Source: an uncultured Acidobacteriota bacterium (GTDB lineage Bacteria > Acidobacteriota > Vicinamibacteria > Vicinamibacterales > 2-12-FULL-66-21). Taken from it: DNA of 64,000 nt. The translations under genes and the position numbers were made by a program. The stretch covers positions 909,380 through 973,379 of the forward strand of contig CAVOHG010000008.1 of assembly GCA_963695655.1 (NCBI GenBank). The letters run 5' to 3'. The notes under the pieces are model-generated. The model was not told the origin of the DNA, ran no database searches, and worked only from the letters and a program-made list of their open reading frames with translations. This document shows positions 43,621-52,858 of the stretch, one piece after another. Positions within the stretch are counted from its first letter, which is position 1; the number at the start of each line of letters is the position of its first letter.

Positions 43621-44613
43621 TCAGTAGTTCTTGCGCAGATCCATGCCGGTGTACAGTGACGCGACCTGGTCGCCGTAACCATTGAACATCAGGGTCTTGT
43701 GGTTCTTGAAGTAGCCGGGGATGCGTCGTTCCGTGGCCTGGCTCCAGCGCGGATGATCGACCTGCGGGTTCACGTTCGAATAGAACCCGTACTCTTCCGG
43801 GTTCGACACCTGCCAGGCGGTCTTCGGCTGCCGGTCGACAAACCGGATCCGCACGATCGACTTGATGTTCTTGAAACCGTATTTCCACGGCACGACCAGC
43901 CGGATCGGAGCACCCTGCTGGTTGGTCAGGGTTTTCCCGTACATGCCCACGGCGAGGATGGTCAGCGGGTGCATCGCTTCGTCGAGGCGCAACCCCTCTG
44001 TATAGGGCCAGTCGAGACTCGGCGTCTGCTGCCCCGGCATCTGCGAGGGGCGCAGCAGAGTCGTGAACTCGACGAACGTGGCCTTGGACGTGGGTTCCGC
44101 ACGCTTGATGACGTCGGCGAGCGGAACGCCAATCCACGGGATCACCATCGACCAGGCTTCGACGCAGCGGAACCGGTAGATGCGCTCTTCGAGCGCACTG
44201 GGCTTGACCAGGTCGTCGACGCTGTACTCGGCCGGCTTGCTGCAGTGGCCGTCGACTTTGATCGTCCAGGGGCTGGTCTTCATCATCCCGGCGTAGCGCT
44301 TGGGATCGCTCTTACCGGTGCCGAATTCGTAGAAATTGTTGTAGCCGGTGATTTCGTCGAACGTGTTCAGTGCCTCGTCAGTGGCAACTGCCCTGGCCTT
44401 GTAACCGGTCAGCGGCGTCTGTGCAGCCGCGAAAGCGCCTCCTCCACTCTGTTCGGCCGCCGAAGACGGGCTCGAACAGCCGGCCAGCCACGGCGCAGCC
44501 GCGGCCGCCATCGCCGCCGCGCCTGCGATCCGCATGAACTCGCGGCGCCGCAGATATATGTGCTCGTCCGTGATTTCAGATGAGGGAATCCGGCCACTTT
44601 TTCTTATCGGCAT
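43621..44613 (-). CDS. msrP: protein-methionine-sulfoxide reductase catalytic subunit MsrP (molybdopterin)
   Basis: Tat signal [58 protein letters not shown]: YedY family. Confidence 0.92.
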   Translation of the reverse strand: MPIRKSGRIPSSEITDEHIYLRRREFMRIAGAAAMAAAAAPWLAGCSSPSSAAEQSGGGAFAAAQTPLTGYKARAVATDEALNTFDEITGYNNFYEFGTGKSDPKRYAGMMKTSPWTIKVDGHCSKPAEYSVDDLVKPSALEERIYRFRCVEAWSMVIPWIGVPLADVIKRAEPTSKATFVEFTTLLRPSQMPGQQTPSLDWPYTEGLRLDEAMHPLTILAVGMYGKTLTNQQGAPIRLVVPWKYGFKNIKSIVRIRFVDRQPKTAWQVSNPEEYGFYSNVNPQVDHPRWSQATERRIPGYFKNHKTLMFNGYGDQVASLYTGMDLRKNY

Positions 44614-44755
44614 GATGAACCTTCCCATTCCGCAACGGGCGCGTGCAGGCTCCGGGCGTTGCGCTTGCATTAGCATTGTACCGGGCGGCCACCGCCGACG
44701 CGAGCCGCGGGGCCCTTCCTGGTCGCCCACCTGCTGAAACACCGCAGGACTGCCA

Positions 44756-45493
44756 ATGCTTCCCTCGACACTCTGCGCACCGATATTGGAGAATGCACGA
44801 ATGAGCAGTGAAACTGAGGCCGAGTGGCCACGCCTCCTGCGCCACGCGGCTCACGAGCTGCGCACGCCGCTTGGGGTCGGCCTCGGATACCTCGGGTTCA
44901 TCCTTTCCAGTTCGGACGGGCCGCTGACCGCACGGCAACGACAATTCGTTTCCGAATCGCAGAAAGCGCTCGGACGGCTCAAAGCCATTACTGATGAGAT
45001 GAGCGAATTGGCCAGGCTCGAGGCCGGCGAAGTGAAGATGCGGTCGGAGAAAATCGACATGGATCGCCTGCTGCTCGAAGCCGTGGCTGCGTTGCCCCCG
45101 CTCGAGGATCGGACTGTGGCGATTGATGTCACGACGAGCGGCGACCGCGACGGCGTCCACGGCGATTTCGTCCGGCTCCGGACTGCCTGCACGTGGATTC
45201 TGTACGGCCTGCGCCGCGAGCTGGTGACGAGCAGCACGCTCTATGTGAACGAAAGTCGACGCCTCTACAAGGGACGGTCCGCATCATGGATCACCATCGG
45301 CGACAGCGACCAGGTCGAGCGGCTCGCCGCCGCAGCTCCGGAGACGCTCGCCGCGTTCGATGAATGGCGCGGAGGATGCGGACTCAATCTGGCGATTGCC
45401 CGCCGCATCCTCGAAGCACACGGTGGTGCAGTGTGGTCACCGGCCGAAGGCGTCAGGGCAGGCGCGGCGGTTGTCCTTCCGCACCATCACTGA
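44756..45493 (+). CDS. soluble histidine-kinase-like protein (HisKA plus degenerate HATPase), no sensor or TM domain
   Basis: H-box [17 protein letters not shown]2-like [20 protein letters not shown]-box and G1-box are not recognisable. The start could be the internal MSSETEA at 44801. Confidence 0.6.
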   Translation: MLPSTLCAPILENARMSSETEAEWPRLLRHAAHELRTPLGVGLGYLGFILSSSDGPLTARQRQFVSESQKALGRLKAITDEMSELARLEAGEVKMRSEKIDMDRLLLEAVAALPPLEDRTVAIDVTTSGDRDGVHGDFVRLRTACTWILYGLRRELVTSSTLYVNESRRLYKGRSASWITIGDSDQVERLAAAAPETLAAFDEWRGGCGLNLAIARRILEAHGGAVWSPAEGVRAGAAVVLPHHH

Positions 45494-45928
45494 TCCCCGC
45501 TAACCCCGCACCCGCAAAGCCCTGACTTATCCCTTGCCCGTCAGCAGTAGCGATACTGACCGGCCGCCCAGATCTCTCGATCATCAGCTCTCCAGAACTT
45601 GAACTGATCCCTCAGCGGGCGCGCAACGCCTCGAGGTCAACAGCCTGTAACACGCAACTTACGTTGTTGTCGCATGCACAGGGCACAAGCAACTGAATCG
45701 GTTTCATACGCGTCAATTTGCGAGATCTACATCTTCGGTCGTTTGGCTAGTGTTTTTCGTGATTCCCAAGCCCTGGTCAATTGGATCCTGTCTGATATTC
45801 ATCCAAAACGTGGGCTCATGGGGACAGAAGTGTAATCCCTGCCACAGAATTGCACACGGGTTCACACAACCATTCCCAGCTCTTCCGCATAAACGGCAGA
45901 GATTCGCCGATTGCCGACTGAACAGTTG

Positions 45929-45944
45929 TGGCACCCCACTTGCC
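45929..45944 (+). promoter_or_regulatory. sigma-54 (-24/-12) promoter for beta-helix paralog P1
   Basis: TGGCACcccacTTGCc, a perfect TGGCAC-N5-TTGC, 120 nt upstream of the ATG at 46064 in a 570-bp lower-GC intergenic region. Confidence 0.75.
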
Positions 45945-46063
45945 CAATCCGGGGCGCCGGCTGGGATGGAACTCTCGACAAGCGCCGGCTTTCTTAAACC
46001 ACCAACTGAATCATCGCGTCGCGGGTAAGAGACCCCGCTCGGCGCGAACCAAGGGAGTCTCCG

Positions 46064-48199
46064 ATGCCGGCAGCCGTGTGTCTTCGCACCGCCGCAGTCG
46101 CGGTACCGAATCCTGGTTTCAGCACCATCTTCCGCATCGGACTTGTCACCCTCCTCACGTTTGCCGCCGTCGTCACGATCTCTCCGACATCCGCTCACGC
46201 CGCCGACGTGGTTCTCGATGCCGCGTCGGGCACGCGGGCGGGCGCCTTCGTCGTCGTCAACGACAGCGCCGCAGCTGGCGGCACCGCGGCCGCGCTGCCG
46301 AACAAGGCACGGGCGAAGGTCGTCACGGCGGTGGCGGCACCTGCTGACTACCTCGAGCTGACGTTCACGGCGGATGCGAATACGCCCTATCACCTGTGGG
46401 TTCGCATGCGCGCCGAAACCAACTCGTACGCGAACGACTCCTTCCACGTCCAGTTCACCAACGTCGTCACCGGGGCCATCGGGACCACCTCGTCACAGGT
46501 GGTCAACCTCGAGGACGCCAGCAAACTGGGCGTGACCGGGTACGGGTGGCAGGACAACGGCTACGGCGCCGGCGTACTCGGCCCTGACATCGTGTTCTCA
46601 CGCGCCGGCACGCAGCGGCTGCGCATTCAGAACCGCGAAGATGGATTCGTCATCGATCAGATCGTGCTTTCGTCGGCTACCTACCTGCGCAAATCGCCGG
46701 GCCTGCTGAAGAACGATCAGACGTGGGTGCAGGACTCGCTGCAGCGGTCGCCGATCATCCAGGTACCAGCCGGGGCCGATCTGCAGGCCGCGCTGAACGG
46801 CGCCCGATCGGGCGACACGCTCGTGCTCGAGTCCGGCGCGCGCTACGTCGCGAATATCGACCTGCCGCCGAATGACGGCCCCGAGTACATCACCATCACT
46901 TCGGACGCCAACGTACCGCCCCCGGGAACGCGTGTGTCGCCGAACCTGCTCGGGCAGCTCGCCACCATCCAGTCGCCGGACGGCTGGCCGGCCGTCGTGG
47001 CGCGAACGGGCGCCAACTACTACAAGTTCGTTGGCGTCGTGTTTCGCGGCGTCGAAGGCGTTGCCAGCGGACTCGACACGACGAGGGACATCGTCAGCGT
47101 CGGCGACGGGACGGAGACGGACTCTGCGCTGCTGCCGTCGCATTTCGTCTTCGATCGTGTTCTCATCCGGGGGGATGCGATTTACGGCGCCAAGCGCGGC
47201 ATCCTCGGCAACGGCCACGACATCACGCTCATGTACAGCGACGTACGGACCATCTTCCGAAATGGCCAGGATACGAGCGGGTTCGGCTGCTACAACTGCG
47301 GCAAGACCTACCGCATCAACCACAACTGGATCGAGGCCGGAACCGAGGTCATCCTGTTTGGCGGCGCCGCATCGCCGGCGCACACGGTGGCTGAGGACAT
47401 CATCATCGAGGACAACGTCCTGACCCGTCCGCTCGCGTGGAAGGCGCTCGCCGGGCCAACCTACAACGTGAAGAACATCCTCGAGCTGAAGGAAGGCATC
47501 GGCGTGACGGTTCGGCGGAACTACCTGGAATACAACTGGCCGCCCTCGCAGCCGGGTTATGCGGTGCTGATCACGGCGAAGGATTCGAAAAAAATCGACC
47601 GCGTCCTCTTCGAAGACAATGTCGTCAAGAGCACGGCCGGGGCGATGAACATGCTCGGCTGGGACTACGCGACGAAGCTGCTTGCACCGACGTCGAACGT
47701 GACCGTCCGGAACAACCTCTTCGTGGTCTCGAAAAAGGACTACGGCGGGACCGGCTACTTTCTGCTGATTGGGTCAGCGCCGCGGAATATCCTCTTCGAC
47801 CACAACACCATCATTCACGACGGGACGACACTGGTGAACGCTTACACCGGCACCTACATCGGAGGGGACGGAAAGACGCATACCGATGGCACGATCGACG
47901 GCTTCGTCTGGACGAACAACCTGTCGCTCAATGGCCAGTACGGGTTCAACAGCTACGGGAGCATGAACGGCGCCGGCCTGCTGGCTGCGTTCCCCGGCAT
48001 CGTGATGCATGACAACGTCCTGGCGGGTTATACCGGCAAGTCGTACCCGGCGAACAACGATTACCCGAGCGCTGCCACGTTCATGTCGTACTTCGCGGAC
48101 TTCGCCGGTGCGGACTACCGCGTCCTGGCTACCGCGCCGCTAGGATCGGACGGCAAGAGGGTGGGCGCGGACGTCTCCCGTCTGCCGTCGAGGAAATAG
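46064..48199 (+). CDS. secreted right-handed beta-helix protein, paralog P1 (N-terminal lectin/CBM-like domain plus beta-helix)
   Basis: Signal peptide ...TISPTSAHA. CBM-like domain about 46205-46708 (YHLWVRMRAETNSYANDSFHVQF...GYGWQDNGYG...RIQNREDGFVIDQIVLSS). Beta-helix with motifs shared with P2-P4 (GADLQAALNGARSGDTLVLESG; AKRGI; WIEAGTEVILFGG; YFLLIGSAPRNILFDHNTI). Confidence 0.75.
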   Translation: MPAAVCLRTAAVAVPNPGFSTIFRIGLVTLLTFAAVVTISPTSAHAADVVLDAASGTRAGAFVVVNDSAAAGGTAAALPNKARAKVVTAVAAPADYLELTFTADANTPYHLWVRMRAETNSYANDSFHVQFTNVVTGAIGTTSSQVVNLEDASKLGVTGYGWQDNGYGAGVLGPDIVFSRAGTQRLRIQNREDGFVIDQIVLSSATYLRKSPGLLKNDQTWVQDSLQRSPIIQVPAGADLQAALNGARSGDTLVLESGARYVANIDLPPNDGPEYITITSDANVPPPGTRVSPNLLGQLATIQSPDGWPAVVARTGANYYKFVGVVFRGVEGVASGLDTTRDIVSVGDGTETDSALLPSHFVFDRVLIRGDAIYGAKRGILGNGHDITLMYSDVRTIFRNGQDTSGFGCYNCGKTYRINHNWIEAGTEVILFGGAASPAHTVAEDIIIEDNVLTRPLAWKALAGPTYNVKNILELKEGIGVTVRRNYLEYNWPPSQPGYAVLITAKDSKKIDRVLFEDNVVKSTAGAMNMLGWDYATKLLAPTSNVTVRNNLFVVSKKDYGGTGYFLLIGSAPRNILFDHNTIIHDGTTLVNAYTGTYIGGDGKTHTDGTIDGFVWTNNLSLNGQYGFNSYGSMNGAGLLAAFPGIVMHDNVLAGYTGKSYPANNDYPSAATFMSYFADFAGADYRVLATAPLGSDGKRVGADVSRLPSRK

Positions 48200-48232
48200 G
48201 GACGTGTCGCGGCTCGAGGAGGGTCGATGGCT

Positions 48233-49276
48233 TCAGGCTGCAACCTCTCCCTTCAGAACCGACGAGTGGAGAAACTGGTGCCATCGGCGGCGGACAAACC
48301 CGCGATAGGCTGGCCGCAGGCTTCCGACATCGCGCTCCGCCAGCTGCGCAATATGGCAGACGGCGTGCTGAAGCAGCATCAGCGCGAAGAGCGGATCAGC
48401 GGCGGAACCTGCCGGATCGAAACTGCGGAGCAGCGCCTGCTGCACGTCGGCCACATGGTCCGGCATCAGTCGCCGCCACGAGAGCCGGTCGAAGTGGAAA
48501 AAGAGGTGAGAGACATCGTGGTGGCGGGCTCCGGACTTGGCCATTGCGAAGTCCAGGATCGTCACGCGGCCGTCGGTGCCCACGATGATGTTGGTCGGGG
48601 TGAGGTCGGCGTGGATCGCGACGAGTGGTGGCGCCGGGAGACTCACACGCGCGGCGAGCTGGTCGAAGACCCGCAGGGCGAGGGCACGATCGCCCGCCGT
48701 CAGCATGCTGTCCGCAAGCTTCACGAGTCGAATGTCCAGGTACTCCCGGCGTTCGTCGAGGGAGAGGTTCCCCTGCACCGCAGTGACCTCCTGATACGTG
48801 CGCACCCATGCGCCGACGCGCTCTGCGGCGGAGACGGCGGCTGCGCGCGGACCCGCCCCCCAGAGGGACTGGCGCAGAACCTGATCAAGGGTGCGCCCCT
48901 GTACCTGTTCGGTGACGATCGTCAGGTGCTCGGGAAGAAGCGCCAGTGGTCGGAGCGCGTTCAATCCGGGCTTGCCGGTGAACGCCTCGTGCAGCTTTCG
49001 GGTTGCTCGATATTCGCGCTCGACGAACCGCCGGAGTTGCGCCAGCTCCTCCGGACCGGACCGACGCGGCTTGAACGTCTTGATAAAGGCGTACGTGTCG
49101 GCGCCCAGCGCCCTCACCCGCACCCGCAGCAGCGCCGAAAACGGCCGCTCGTGCCGCTCGAGCGCGTGGATCGTCGCGCCCCCATCGCCGAAATACTCCT
49201 CCGCGCCTGCCGCAAGCGCGGCCAGCACAGGTTCGAAGCCGGCGACCGCCCCTGTACGGGCCCTCTTGGCGATCAT
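48233..49276 (-). CDS. aminoglycoside phosphotransferase / choline-kinase-like (APH fold) kinase
   Basis: VAIHADLTPTNIIVGTDGRVTILDFAMA: Brenner/catalytic-loop and DFxxx motifs of the APH/ePK-like fold. Confidence 0.75.
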   Translation of the reverse strand: MIAKRARTGAVAGFEPVLAALAAGAEEYFGDGGATIHALERHERPFSALLRVRVRALGADTYAFIKTFKPRRSGPEELAQLRRFVEREYRATRKLHEAFTGKPGLNALRPLALLPEHLTIVTEQVQGRTLDQVLRQSLWGAGPRAAAVSAAERVGAWVRTYQEVTAVQGNLSLDERREYLDIRLVKLADSMLTAGDRALALRVFDQLAARVSLPAPPLVAIHADLTPTNIIVGTDGRVTILDFAMAKSGARHHDVSHLFFHFDRLSWRRLMPDHVADVQQALLRSFDPAGSAADPLFALMLLQHAVCHIAQLAERDVGSLRPAYRGFVRRRWHQFLHSSVLKGEVAA

Positions 49277-49288
49277 GGGCAGACTGCG

Positions 49289-50497
49289 TCAATACGCGTG
49301 GTGAAGCTGGTCAAAGGAAGACGCGGCGTCAGCTGCGGACGCGGAACCGCGCATGCCCGCGGTGTCGGGCTTGCGGCCCACCAGAAGCGGCCGGGCAAAT
49401 CCCGGAAACGCGTGAACTTCTACGTCGGAGTAACCATTGTCGATCATCAGCTGACGCAACTGGGTTGTCTGCGCCGGCAGATTGAATATGGCGTCGTTGG
49501 CCTGCAACACAAGCGACGCACCCATGCCGGCGGCCTTCGCGATGATTCGCGCCATGTCCTCTTGCGGCAGGTAGTACAGCGAACAGAATGCGGTCACGAC
49601 GTCAAACCTGCCGAGGTCGGCCGTCAGGAAGATGCGCATATCCCCGGTCAGTACCTCGATCCGGTAGTTGCGCATGTCGCGCCAGGCGAGGATTTTCGCG
49701 TTGGTGCGCGCGAAGTCGGCGATCGCGGGCGTGAATTCCACGGCGACAACCTCCGCGGCTCCGGCGCGAAGCATCGCGAGCGGCATGGACCCGTTGTTCG
49801 AACCGAGATCGAGCACGCGCCGCCCTTTAATCAGCGGTCCGACGATGCGGCCGTTGAAGAAATCCCAACGACCGGTTCCGCTGTCGGTTGAGGCGAACTG
49901 ACCGATAGCAAGCCCGCCGCCGAAATCGATCGGCGCGTAATCGCGATAGCCTTGCGGGACATTCGCCTTGAGCGATCGCAGCTCAGACCGTGCGTCCGAT
50001 TCAGTGAGCAGAGTGGCGCCGTACCGCGCGTTGTAGGCCCGGCGGTCCGCATCGCGTTCGGCGAAGAAGTACGATCCGCGGTGTTTATGAAAACGGGCGC
50101 CCGACAGATCGCCGAAACGCGCACGTCCGTCCGGGCCGGTGGCAAAACGATGTCCGCCTCGCACTCCGGTGATCCCGGCGCCATGCGCACGGTCCATCAG
50201 AGTGGCGACATCTGCGGGAGACGCGGAACCTGGCGAAGGCGGGGCCTGCGCGTCAGCGAGGAGGTCCGCATGACGAAGCTGCTCGACGGACGCCGGTGGC
50301 GCAGTCACCCGTCCGGCAGCTTCGAATATGCGCCGGGCTGCCGCGGGAGCCGATGGTCCCCAACCGAAACGATACAGCGCCCGGGGGATGGCGAAGCCCG
50401 TCAGCAGATATCGGAAATACCCCACCCCACGGCGTCGTCCGACCGTCACCACCCCGCGCGCATCCGCCAACAAGCCCATCTGCACCTCACCCTTCAC
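49289..50497 (-). CDS. class I SAM-dependent methyltransferase with about 200-aa unassigned N-terminal region
   Basis: RRVLDLGSNNGSMPLAMLRAGAAEVVAVE (motif I) ... FDVVTAFCSLYYLP. Confidence 0.75.
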   Translation of the reverse strand: MKGEVQMGLLADARGVVTVGRRRGVGYFRYLLTGFAIPRALYRFGWGPSAPAAARRIFEAAGRVTAPPASVEQLRHADLLADAQAPPSPGSASPADVATLMDRAHGAGITGVRGGHRFATGPDGRARFGDLSGARFHKHRGSYFFAERDADRRAYNARYGATLLTESDARSELRSLKANVPQGYRDYAPIDFGGGLAIGQFASTDSGTGRWDFFNGRIVGPLIKGRRVLDLGSNNGSMPLAMLRAGAAEVVAVEFTPAIADFARTNAKILAWRDMRNYRIEVLTGDMRIFLTADLGRFDVVTAFCSLYYLPQEDMARIIAKAAGMGASLVLQANDAIFNLPAQTTQLRQLMIDNGYSDVEVHAFPGFARPLLVGRKPDTAGMRGSASAADAASSFDQLHHAY

Positions 50498-50550
50498 GGA
50501 TTGAGGTGCAAGCGGCGCGCCAGAAGCTCAGGCGGGAGACACGGCGGCGG

Positions 50551-52464
50551 TTAGCGCAAAATCCGAACGCTCGACGGCGGACGCGGCACGGGCCCGCTCA
50601 CGATCGGGGGTGGGGCGGCCGGCACCGCTGGCAGCGCCGTGATGTCGACACCGATGTTGGTTCCGTCCGTTGCCGCGCCGGCGAGGATCCCACCGGCCAC
50701 AGCCCTGTAGTCAAATGCGGCAACGTCAACGAAGGCCGAAGGAAAGGTGCCGCTGAACACATTCCCCGACGGGTAGAGCGCCGCGCTCCCACCCTGCAGC
50801 CAGTTGCGCTGAAAGAACACGCCGGGAAAATACCTCGTCAGCGTCGGGTTCCCGTACGACGATGATGCCCCGTTCATGCCGTACTTGTTGTGGCGAAGGG
50901 CATTGTTGGCGAACCGGAAGCCCAGGATCGTCCGTGGGACCGTCGCTGTGCCGCCGTAAACGTACACCGCCGTCGTCCCGTCGAAGTCGATCGTGTTGTG
51001 TTCCACCGTCACGTTGCGCGGCTCGTCGCCAATCAGCAGGAACCAGCCGTTTCCTCCGAGCGCGGTCGTGACGCCGTAGAACAGATTGTGCGCAATGGTC
51101 ACGTCGGTGGTCTGGCGCGTCGGTCGCGACGGGATGTCATACCCCAGGAGGTTGATGCCAGCCGCGACGTTCCGAACAATGTTGAATCGGAACGTCACGT
51201 TGTCCACACCGCACCACGTGCACGCGCCTCCGGAATTTCTCGGCGTGAAGACGATCGCGTAGCCGGCTTGCGCCTGCTGCCAGTGATTCTCGAACACGTT
51301 CTGTTCGACGACCACGTTCCGGGCATTCTTCAATTCGAACACGTTCTTGACGACCCAGTAGGTCTCGCCCGACGTCGGCACCGCTTCGGCGGTCCCCGGC
51401 GAACCCCGGTCTGTGAACTCGGTCCCGGTCACGGTCCAGTACATGGACTCGCTCCCGCTAACGCGTCCGTAGACCCGATACTCCGTCGCGTCGTTCACGC
51501 GCTGCCAGGCGATCCGGATTCCGGCGCCGGTTGCGGCGGACACGGTCGCAACAGTTTCGGCTGACGCCAGCGACCGTCCGGTTGTTCCCTGACCGACCGG
51601 CCGCCGCGCTACCACGCGATAAGCGTACGCCCCGGGCCCCAGTGTCCCTCCGCCGGTCACTGCGGCGGCCGACACTGCGATCGGCGCCGGCACGATCGGA
51701 TCCCTCCAGGCCATCGGACGCGAAAGTTGGTTCTTGCGGAAGGTGATGCCGGTCGGCACCAGGTCGGTAATGGCGGGATCCGATCCGCCGAACATCACGT
51801 TCTCGCCTGCCGCCTCCAGGTAATTGTTTTCGATCGTGAATGGTCCGGGGCCGTTCCATCCGGCAATCGCCTGCGTGTCCATGCCGACACCCTTGCACTC
51901 GGAGACGTACGAGTCCCGAATGGTGACGGAGGCGGCGTTGAGTGCGATGCCGCGCTTCTGTCCGAGGAGCGGATCGCCATGCACGTACAGATGATCGAGG
52001 ATCAAGTCGTGCGGAATCTGATCCGCGGAGTTCTGTGCGCTCGATCCGTCGCCGAGCTGGATGACGTCGCCGCTGCCGTCGACATTGGCCGCGAAGGCGA
52101 GATAGCTGAGACGCCAGTGGTGCGCAGAAGGAGCCGTGCGAATCGCCGCCATGGTGTTCGGCGAGCGGAGTGTCGGCAGCAGTCGCAGGTGTGACGGGCC
52201 GATCCGGGCGCCGTCGGCGGGCAGCTGCGTGTCGGCGGTTGCGGAACGTACTCTGATGAAGCCTGCACCGCTGGTAACCGGCAACACGAAGTTGCCGACA
52301 TATTCGGCTCCCGCGTCGAGCAGAATCACGTCGCCCGGCTTCGCCGCGTCCAGTGCCGCCTGGAGATCCCCCCCCGCGGCAACTCGGACTGTGGCCGCCT
52401 CGGCGCTCACGGTCCAGAGCACGATCCCCGCCACGGCCAGCATCGCACGCGTGCGCGCGGTCAT
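50551..52464 (-). CDS. secreted right-handed beta-helix protein, paralog P2 (with FN3-like insert)
   Basis: Signal peptide MTARTRAMLAVAGIVLWTVSAEA. GGDLQAALDAAKPGDVILLDAG; HGDPLLGQKRGI; DTQAIAGWNGPGPFTIENNYLEAAGENVMFGG. Insert YRVVARRPVG...IRIAWQRVNDATEYRVYG. Confidence 0.75.
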   Translation of the reverse strand: MTARTRAMLAVAGIVLWTVSAEAATVRVAAGGDLQAALDAAKPGDVILLDAGAEYVGNFVLPVTSGAGFIRVRSATADTQLPADGARIGPSHLRLLPTLRSPNTMAAIRTAPSAHHWRLSYLAFAANVDGSGDVIQLGDGSSAQNSADQIPHDLILDHLYVHGDPLLGQKRGIALNAASVTIRDSYVSECKGVGMDTQAIAGWNGPGPFTIENNYLEAAGENVMFGGSDPAITDLVPTGITFRKNQLSRPMAWRDPIVPAPIAVSAAAVTGGGTLGPGAYAYRVVARRPVGQGTTGRSLASAETVATVSAATGAGIRIAWQRVNDATEYRVYGRVSGSESMYWTVTGTEFTDRGSPGTAEAVPTSGETYWVVKNVFELKNARNVVVEQNVFENHWQQAQAGYAIVFTPRNSGGACTWCGVDNVTFRFNIVRNVAAGINLLGYDIPSRPTRQTTDVTIAHNLFYGVTTALGGNGWFLLIGDEPRNVTVEHNTIDFDGTTAVYVYGGTATVPRTILGFRFANNALRHNKYGMNGASSSYGNPTLTRYFPGVFFQRNWLQGGSAALYPSGNVFSGTFPSAFVDVAAFDYRAVAGGILAGAATDGTNIGVDITALPAVPAAPPPIVSGPVPRPPSSVRILR

Positions 52465-52593
52465 GGGACCACCACCAAGTCACACATCCGCCGCAGCGCG
52501 GCGGCCGTCCTTCTGGACATCCACATGCACTTCCCCCGGGGTCCGTGTTGGTTGAAAACCGCAACCGCAAGACGGCAGCGGCAACCGTCGAGG

Positions 52594-52609
52594 CGCAAGG
52601 CCGATGCCT
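52594..52609 (-). promoter_or_regulatory. candidate sigma-54 promoter for P2-methyltransferase-kinase operon
   Basis: Minus strand reads aGGCATcggccTTGCg (GG-N10-GC spacing correct), about 130 nt upstream of the start at 52464. An AT-rich tract with a small hairpin (gcaaaaa ggaa tttttgc) lies just upstream. Confidence 0.6.
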
Positions 52610-52858
52610 TGGCGGGGCGAGAAGCAAAAAGGAATTTTTGCTGGTCTTTTTGCGCGTTTAGCCGGTGTGTGGCGTAGGAAAAGGCGGGATGTTATTACAG
52701 ATTTGTCGAGGGGTTCACTGAACTGCCCTCGCGACGTGCGCTGGAATCAACGAACCGGCGGGGCCCTGTGGAGGACCCGCGAGCCAAAAGGGCTCGCCGG
52801 TCGGAATGGTCTGTTCGACTCGGCGATCGGTGGCGCGGAGTTCGGGACGTGTCTCTGA

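Noticed and set aside
45713-46447. 244-aa minus-strand ORF spanning the long intergenic region and the start of P1.
   Set aside because: There are no motifs. It overlaps the well-supported P1 gene and the sigma-54 promoter. Its composition is typical of non-coding or antisense sequence.
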